DNA of 64,000 nucleotides from NCBI RefSeq assembly GCF_058153355.1, contig NZ_CM177019.1; one strand, 5' to 3'. Shown piece by piece: positions 53,402 to 64,000 of this stretch (position 1 is its first letter; each line of letters starts with the position of its first letter). The notes under the pieces were generated by a model. It saw only the letters and a program-made list of their open reading frames with translations, ran no database searches and was not told where the DNA came from. The position numbers and the translations under genes were made by a program.

Positions 53402-54133
53402 TTATGCCCGCCAGAGGCAGCTTCCCCCCTTCTTCTGCACCAGATCGAGACGGGCTTCATGTGCTGCAAGCTCTTCATCTGTCGCAAAAACAACGCGTAA
53501 CTTACTTGCCTGACGCACAATGCGCTGAATTGTTGTTTCACCTTGTTGCTGTTGTGTCTCTCCTTCCATCGCAAAAGCCATCGACGTTTGACCACCAGTC
53601 ATCGCCAGATAAACTTCCGCAAGGATCTGGGCATCGAGTAATGCCCCGTGCAGCGTTCGTTTACTGTTATCTATTTCGTAGCGGGCACATAACGCATCGA
53701 GGCTGTTGCGCTTACCGGGAAACATTTTCCTCGCCACCGCAAGGCTATCGGTGACCTTACAGAAGGTATTGGTCTTGGGAATATCGCGCTTAAGCAACGA
53801 AAACTCATAGTCCATAAAGCCGATATCGAACGCTGCATTATGGATAACCAGCTCCGCGCCGCGAATATAGTCCATGAACTCATCGGCTACTTCGGCAAAC
53901 GTAGGCTTATCGAGCAAAAACTCATCGGCAATACCATGTACGCCAAAGGCTTCCGGATCCACCAGCCGATCGGGTTTGAGATAAACATGGAAGTTATTGC
54001 CCGTCAGGCGACGGTTCACCACTTCAACGGCACCAATCTCAATGATCTTGTGGCCTTCATAGTGCGCACCAATCTGGTTCATACCGGTGGTTTCGGTATC
54101 GAGAACGATCTGGCGTGTAATTGCAGTGCTCAT
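53402..54133 (-). CDS. dnaQ: DNA polymerase III epsilon subunit (3'-5' exonuclease)
   Basis: 243 aa from [17 protein letters not shown]...; track start at 54142 is a 3-codon extension. Confidence 0.95.
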
Positions 54134-54197
54134 AGCGGTCATTTATGTCAGACTTGTCGTTTTACAGTTCGATTCAATTACAGGAAGTCTACCAGAG

Positions 54198-54665
54198 ATG
54201 CTTAAACAGGTAGAAATTTTCACCGATGGTTCGTGTCTGGGTAATCCTGGCCCCGGGGGTTACGGCGCTATTTTACGCTATCGCGGACGCGAGAAAACCT
54301 TTAGCGCTGGCTACACCCGCACCACCAACAACCGTATGGAGTTGATGGCCGCTATTGTCGCGCTGGAGGCGTTAAAAGAACATTGCGAAGTCATTTTGAG
54401 TACCGACAGCCAGTATGTCCGCCAGGGTATCACCCAGTGGATCCATAACTGGAAAAAACGTGGCTGGAAAACAGCAGACAAAAAACCAGTAAAAAATGTC
54501 GATCTCTGGCAACGTCTTGATGCTGCATTGGGGCAGCATCAAATCAAATGGGAATGGGTTAAAGGCCATGCCGGTCATCCAGAAAACGAACGTTGCGATG
54601 AACTGGCTCGTGCCGCAGCGATGAATCCCACACTGGAAGATACGGGCTATCAAGTCGAAGTTTAA
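54198..54665 (+). CDS. rnhA: Ribonuclease HI
   Basis: 155 aa from [18 protein letters not shown]...; divergent from dnaQ. Confidence 0.95.
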
Positions 54666-55384
54666 GCCTGTGGTTTACGACATTGCCGGGTGGCACCAAC
54701 CGCCTGGCGAATTCGTGGCTTGTTTTTACTCTGTTTCATCGGATTTAGCGTTAAAGGAATAGTCCGTTTCCGGGCAACGATAAGTTGTAAGCAACCAAGC
54801 GCAGGAATATGCGCATTCAATAGTTTTCCACCGTGTTTGTTCCACGGGAGAACGTGGAAACGGCTGGCGTGCAGCACTTCAAAATTCAACAAAGAGAGCC
54901 AGTCCAGTTGCCGCATCAGAGTAAACATCCGGCTGTTATAGGGCGAGTTTTTTCGCAATACCGGCACAAGTTTGCGCAATCCCATTAAACTGATGGGATT
55001 AAAGCCACTAATGACCAGCCAGCCATCATCAATCAATACCCGATCGGTTTCACGCAATAAACGATGCGGATCGGTGCACCACGGCAATGTATGTGCCAGT
55101 AGACAAACATCAACGGATCTATCGGCAAAAGGAAGATGAAGTGGGTCCGCCTGCACCTGGACGGGCATTCCTTGCGCAGAAACATTCACTTGATGAGAAA
55201 CCGCGCACGCTTCGCAATTGATTTCTGCGCTTAAATTGCCAATCTTAAGCAGATGAAAACCATACATTTTAGTGAACCACGGGTTGAGCTGGCGCTCCAG
55301 CGCCTTGCGATAAAGCTCTCCCCAGGGCAAATCGCCCCAGCAATCAGGAGCCACGACAGTTTGAGGGACTCTTGCTGGTTTCAT
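54662..55384 (-). CDS. yafS: SAM-dependent methyltransferase YafS
   Basis: 240 aa from MKPARVPQT... Confidence 0.85.
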
Positions 55385-55414
55385 CACAACCTTCCGTTTC
55401 ACACTGAGAGGTAA

Positions 55415-56173
<759 letters not shown>

Positions 56174-56244
56174 TAAAACTTTCTTGTCATCGGCTCCGTT
56201 CGCCGTTATGATCGGTCGTCTTTTAAGCAACTATTGACACACAC

Positions 56245-57603
56245 ATGAAGGCAAAAGCGATATTACTCGCCTCTGTCCTGCTCGTAGGTTGCCAGAGTAC
56301 CGGCAACGTTCAACAGCACGCACAGAGCCTTTCTGCAGCTGGTCAAGGGGAAGCAGCAAAGTTTACAAGTCAGGCACGATGGATGGACGATGGGACGTCT
56401 ATCGCGCCAGATGGTGACTTGTGGGCTTTCATTGGCGACGAGCTAAAGATGGGAATTCCGGAAAATGACCGGATTCGCGAACAGAAACAGAAATATTTAC
56501 GCAATAAGAGCTATCTCCACGATGTAACTTTACGGGCAGAGCCGTATATGTACTGGATAGCCGGGCAAGTTAAAAAACGTAACATGCCTATGGAACTGGT
56601 ACTACTACCCATAGTGGAGAGCGCTTTTGAGCCTCACGCAACGTCTGGCGCTAATGCCGCAGGCATCTGGCAGATCATTCCGAGCACGGGGCGCAATTAT
56701 GGTTTGAAACAGACCCGCAATTATGACGCGCGTCGCGATGTTGTTGCTTCAACAACTGCCGCGCTGAACATGATGCAGCGTCTGAACAAGATGTTTGACG
56801 GCGACTGGCTTCTGACCGTAGCGGCTTATAACAGCGGCGAAGGTCGGGTCATGAAGGCAATTAAAACGAACAAAGCGCGTGGGAAATCCACGGACTTCTG
56901 GTCGTTACCGTTGCCGCAGGAAACGAAACAGTACGTGCCTAAAATGCTGGCATTGAGTGATATTCTCAAAAACAGCAAGCGTTATGGTGTACGTCTGCCA
57001 ACGACTGATGAAAGCCGTGCTCTGGCGCGTGTGCACCTGAGCAGCCCGGTTGAAATGGCGAAGGTTGCAGATATGGCGGGAATTTCCGTCAGCAAGCTGA
57101 AGACATTCAACGCTGGCGTGAAAGGCTCCACGCTGGGCGCAAGTGGCCCGCAGTACGTGATGGTGCCAAAGAAGCATGCAGATCAACTGCGTGAATCTCT
57201 GGCTTCAGGCGAAATTGCTGCTGTACAGTCGACGCTGGTTGCCGACAATACGCCGCTTAACAGCCGTGTTTACACCGTACGCTCTGGCGACACGCTTTCA
57301 AGTATCGCTTCACGTCTCGGCGTAAGCACCAAAGATTTGCAGCAGTGGAACAAACTGCGCGGATCTAAGCTGAAGCCAGGCCAAAGTTTGACGATTGGTG
57401 CAGGCAGTAGCGCACAGCGGTTGGCAAACAACAGCGATAGCATTACGTATCGTGTGCGCAAAGGCGATTCGCTTTCAAGCATTGCTAAACGCCACGGCGT
57501 GAACATCAAAGATGTGATGCGCTGGAACAGCGACACTGCGAATCTGCAACCAGGCGATAAGCTGACGTTGTTTGTGAAAAACAACAACATGCCAGATTCC
57601 TGA
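56245..57603 (+). CDS. mltD: Membrane-bound lytic murein transglycosylase D
   Basis: 452 aa lipoprotein, SLT domain plus C-terminal LysM repeats. Confidence 0.9.
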   Translation: MKAKAILLASVLLVGCQSTGNVQQHAQSLSAAGQGEAAKFTSQARWMDDGTSIAPDGDLWAFIGDELKMGIPENDRIREQKQKYLRNKSYLHDVTLRAEPYMYWIAGQVKKRNMPMELVLLPIVESAFEPHATSGANAAGIWQIIPSTGRNYGLKQTRNYDARRDVVASTTAALNMMQRLNKMFDGDWLLTVAAYNSGEGRVMKAIKTNKARGKSTDFWSLPLPQETKQYVPKMLALSDILKNSKRYGVRLPTTDESRALARVHLSSPVEMAKVADMAGISVSKLKTFNAGVKGSTLGASGPQYVMVPKKHADQLRESLASGEIAAVQSTLVADNTPLNSRVYTVRSGDTLSSIASRLGVSTKDLQQWNKLRGSKLKPGQSLTIGAGSSAQRLANNSDSITYRVRKGDSLSSIAKRHGVNIKDVMRWNSDTANLQPGDKLTLFVKNNNMPDS

Positions 57604-57616
57604 CAAACCAGATAAT

Positions 57617-57648
57617 AAAAGGCACCGATTCCCCCGGTGCCTTTTTTA
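57617..57648. terminator. Rho-independent terminator between convergent mltD and yafE
   Basis: ggcaccg-attccc-ccggtgcc hairpin followed by TTTTTT. Confidence 0.5.
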
Positions 57649-57649
57649 T

Positions 57650-58420
57650 TTATGCCGCTTTATGTGCTTCTACCATGATGATATCACTGGTGAAAGAGCC
57701 ATCATTCTGCAAGGCAAAATACGTTTTCACCTCTGTCGATGCGCTCTGTTGGTAAATGCGAATAGCGTCTACTAACGCTTCTGGCGTACGCATTCTCACG
57801 ACCCATGAAGAAAATTCCAGCGGTAACTTATCTGTAATTAAATTATCAACTATCAGATTGGCTTCATTGATTAACGTCAACCACTCACCGCTGGCGTAGT
57901 TTCGTACGTGTGAGGTATCGCGTAATGCTTCTGCCGTCTGTAACCAGATGTCGCGCACTGGGTGACCCGGAGACATTACGTCCATCACAATCAGCTTACC
58001 GCCAGGTTTCAATATCCGATTCACTTCACGCAGTGCTGCACCAACATCATGCCAGTGATGGGCAGAATAACGGCTGATAACAATATCAAATGCGTTATCG
58101 GCAAATGGCAGACTTTCGGCATATCCCTGGCGGGTGGTGATATTTTTCAGTTGCCGGGCTTCGGCAGCTTGTGCCACGACATCCAGCATATGGGCAGATA
58201 AGTCATACGCCACCACCGTGCTCACGTTTTGCGCAGCGACAAAGCTGGCATGCCCTGCTCCGCAGCCCATATCAAGTACACTTGCATCAGGATAATCAGC
58301 CAGACGCTCCGCCAGGCGCTGTAAATCTCGTCCGGATGCATGTACGGTACTGGTCAGATATTCGCTGGCTTGAGAGCTAAACTGCTTTTCTACGTGGTCA
58401 TGGTGGGATTGTGTTGTCAT
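57650..58420 (-). CDS. yafE: SAM-dependent methyltransferase YafE
   Basis: Methyltransferase motif I (VLDMGCGAGH); position as K-12 yafE. Confidence 0.8.
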   Translation of the reverse strand: MTTQSHHDHVEKQFSSQASEYLTSTVHASGRDLQRLAERLADYPDASVLDMGCGAGHASFVAAQNVSTVVAYDLSAHMLDVVAQAAEARQLKNITTRQGYAESLPFADNAFDIVISRYSAHHWHDVGAALREVNRILKPGGKLIVMDVMSPGHPVRDIWLQTAEALRDTSHVRNYASGEWLTLINEANLIVDNLITDKLPLEFSSWVVRMRTPEALVDAIRIYQQSASTEVKTYFALQNDGSFTSDIIMVEAHKAA

Positions 58421-58496
58421 TGCGCTGTCCTTTTATTGTTTGATTAAAAAGGGCAGCGCCAAACGTTGGTCTGCCCTGTGGCAGACCTGACATACC

Positions 58497-59348
<852 letters not shown>

Positions 59349-59537
59349 CTACTGTTATAGGGATTTTAGCTCACTCTTTCAACGAGCAATTGTATATTGT
59401 TATGTAAGCAAGTGCTTACACCGGTCAGAATTTTGCTCATTGTTGAGAACATTAAATCGGATGACATATCACGTATCCTGATGGTTTAATGACAAATAAA
59501 TTCAAAATATCTCTTCTATTTTGCAACAGGAGCAAAA

Positions 59538-60452
59538 ATGAAAGCCACGTCGGAAGAACTCGCCATTTTTGTTTCGGTCGTAGAAAGCGGCAGCTTTAGC
59601 CGGGCAGCGGAACAATTAGGGCAAGCAAACTCAGCGGTAAGCCGGGCAGTGAAAAAGCTGGAGATGAAACTTGGCATTAGCCTGCTTAATCGGACCACGC
59701 GACAACTTAGCCTGACGGAAGAAGGCGAGCGTTATTTTCGTCGCGTACAGTCAATTTTGCAGGAGATGGCAGCGGCAGAATCAGAAATTATGGAGACGCG
59801 TAATACACCGCGTGGACTGTTGCGCATCGATGCCGCAACTCCAGTGGTGCTGCACTTTCTGATGCCGTTGATTAAGCCTTTCCGTGAACGCTATCCGGAA
59901 GTCACTTTATCACTAGTCTCCTCCGAAACGATTATTAATTTGATCGAAAGAAAAGTGGATGTCGCGATACGCGCCGGTACGTTAACGGATTCCAGCTTAC
60001 GTGCCAGGCCGTTATTTAACAGTTATCGAAAAATTATAGCCTCCCCCGATTATATTTCCCGCTATGGGAAGCCAGAAACGCTCGACGATTTAAAGCAACA
60101 TGTTTGCCTGGGATTCACTGAACCCGCTTCCCTCAATACCTGGCCGATAGCCTGTAGTGATGGACAATTACATGAGGTAAAGTACGGTTTGTCATCCAAT
60201 AGTGGGGAAACACTGAAACAGCTTTGCCTGAGTGGCAACGGGATTGCGTGTTTGTCCGACTACATGATCGACAGAGAAATCGCTCGCGGAGAATTGGTGG
60301 AGTTAATGGCAGATAAAGTGTTGCCAGTGGAAATGCCATTCAGTGCAGTCTATTACAGCGACCGTGCGGTAAGTACGCGCATCCGGGCTTTTATCGATTT
60401 CCTTAGCGAGCATGTAAAAACAGCTCCCAGAGGAGCTGTCAGAGAGGCTTAA
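59538..60452 (+). CDS. yafC: LysR-family transcriptional regulator YafC
   Basis: 304 aa, N-terminal LysR HTH. Confidence 0.85.
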   Translation: MKATSEELAIFVSVVESGSFSRAAEQLGQANSAVSRAVKKLEMKLGISLLNRTTRQLSLTEEGERYFRRVQSILQEMAAAESEIMETRNTPRGLLRIDAATPVVLHFLMPLIKPFRERYPEVTLSLVSSETIINLIERKVDVAIRAGTLTDSSLRARPLFNSYRKIIASPDYISRYGKPETLDDLKQHVCLGFTEPASLNTWPIACSDGQLHEVKYGLSSNSGETLKQLCLSGNGIACLSDYMIDREIARGELVELMADKVLPVEMPFSAVYYSDRAVSTRIRAFIDFLSEHVKTAPRGAVREA

Positions 60453-61251
60453 TCCCATTCAGGAGCCAGACCTGCCGGGCTAACCAGGCGGTCGTTGCAA
60501 TCCAGTGCGGCGATCGCTTTTTTATCTTCGGCATCAAGCTGTAAATTTTGTGCCTTAAGATTACTCTCCAGGTTTTCACGTCTAGTAGAAGAAGGAATTA
60601 CTGAGTAACCTTCCCCCATAGCCACGCCAGAATCACTTGTGCCGGAGTCGCATTGTGTTTAGCTGCAATACGAGCAATAACCTCATCTTTCAGGGCCTTC
60701 CCATATGCCAGCGTCATATAGGAAGTAATATGGATGCCGTGCTGTTTAGCCCAATCGACTACTTTACGGTTTTGCAGATAAGGAGAGAGTTCAATCTGGT
60801 TGGTAGCGATATTTTCAGCGCCAACAGCAGCAATCGCTTTTTCCATCAATGGGATCGTGAAGTTGGAAATACCGATCTCACGCGTCAGACCTTGTTTTTT
60901 CGCTTCCAGCAGCGCCTGCATAAACTCTTCAACAGAGACTTCATCGTTTGGTGACGGCCAGTGGATTAGCGTCAGATCAACATAATCGGTACGCAATTTT
61001 TGCAGGCTCTCTTTCAGACTTTGGGTCAATTTATCTTTGCTGAGATTTTCAATCCAGATTTTAGTGGTGATGTAGAGTTCATTACGTGGCACGCCACTTT
61101 CTGCAATCGCCTGACCTACTGCGGCTTCGTTATCATAGATTTGTGCGGTATCAATTGCGCGATAACCAAGTTCAAGCGCCGTTTTCACAGATGAAATAAC
61201 AACGTCGTCTTTCAGACGAAAAGTACCTAAACCAAATGCAGGGATAGCCAT
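60449..61251 (-). pseudogene. dkgB: 2,5-diketo-D-gluconate reductase B (aldo-keto reductase) with 1-bp deletion frameshift
   Basis: ORF 60598..61251 matches DkgB for 211 residues then ends ...[10 protein letters not shown]; the -1 frame continues [22 protein letters not shown]...[11 protein letters not shown] to a stop at 60449; span 803 nt = 3n+2. Confidence 0.65.
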
Positions 61252-61372
61252 AATATGCCTCTTTTAATGCTATGTTCGTTAACTGAGATGATTATGGACT
61301 TTAGACTGTTGCGGAAAAAGGGCATAAAATGCAGAGGATTTTTGCAATTATGGCAACAATAAACATACAGAC

Positions 61373-61402
61373 GAAAAAAAACCTCGAGCGTTAACTCGAG
61401 GC
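61373..61402 (-). terminator. rrn operon distal terminator
   Basis: cctcgagcg-ttaa-ctcgagg hairpin followed by a U tract on the minus strand. Confidence 0.5.
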
Positions 61403-61413
61403 TTCTTAATAAG

Positions 61414-61490
61414 TGGCGGAACGGACGGGACTCGAACCCGCGACCCCCTGCGTGACAGGCAGGTATTCTAACCGACTGAACTACCGCTCC
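61414..61490 (-). tRNA. aspU: tRNA-Asp (GUC), rrn-distal copy
   Basis: Identical 77-nt sequence to the aspV copy; located 3' of 5S rRNA. Confidence 0.95.
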
Positions 61491-61542
61491 ACCGAATTCT
61501 TTTACAACCGCCGGTTTTATGACCGGCTTACTGCTTAATTTG

Positions 61543-61662
61543 ATGCCTGGCAGTTCCCTACTCTCGCATGGGGAGACCCCACACTACCATCGGCGCTACG
61601 GCGTTTCACTTCTGAGTTCGGCATGGGGTCAGGTGGGACCACCGCGCTAAGGCCGCCAGGCA
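61543..61662 (-). rRNA. rrfH: 5S ribosomal RNA
   Basis: Reverse complement matches E. coli 5S rRNA end to end. Confidence 0.95.
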
Positions 61663-61755
61663 AATTCTGTTTCATCAGACCGCTTCTGCGTTCTGATTTA
61701 ATCTGTATCAGGCTGAAAATCTTCTCTCAATCCGCCAAAACACCTTCGGCGTTGT

Positions 61756-64000
<2,245 letters not shown>

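Overview
This window is an Escherichia coli-type chromosomal segment, reverse-oriented relative to the K-12 map around 5 min (the rrnH 3' end is at the right edge). From left to right: (1) the distal end of the Flag-2 lateral-flagella locus (lfiF partial, lfiE, lafK on the minus strand; lfiMNPQR-lfhBA on the plus strand); (2) a HicAB-like toxin-antitoxin pair where K-12 carries rayT; (3) the conserved block yafL, dinJ-yafQ, yafK, yafJ, gmhA, fadE, ivy, yafV with recognisable LexA and FadR boxes and REP clusters; (4) a ~35 kb accessory island between yafV and yafT/aspV (about 17.1-53.2 kb). The island holds ISAs1 (H-repeat) remnants, a group II intron with a nested IS21 flanked by a 4-bp duplication, an AT-rich post-vgrG cargo region with putative peptidoglycan-hydrolase effectors and immunity genes, and a type VI secretion cluster (hcp-vgrG divergent from tssB-tssC-tssE-tssF-tssG-fha-tssJ-tssK-tssL-clpV-vasI-tssA-tssM-vasL-hcp) in which tssM is split by a frameshift; (5) core genes yafT, tRNA-Asp (aspV), dnaQ, rnhA, yafS, gloB, mltD, yafE, yafD, yafC, a frameshifted dkgB, tRNA-Asp (aspU), 5S rRNA and partial 23S rRNA. 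All calls rest on reading the supplied ORF translations and the nucleotide sequence and on recalled family signatures; no database search or alignment was run. The part most worth a second look is the cargo region downstream of vgrG (23.5-28.7 kb).
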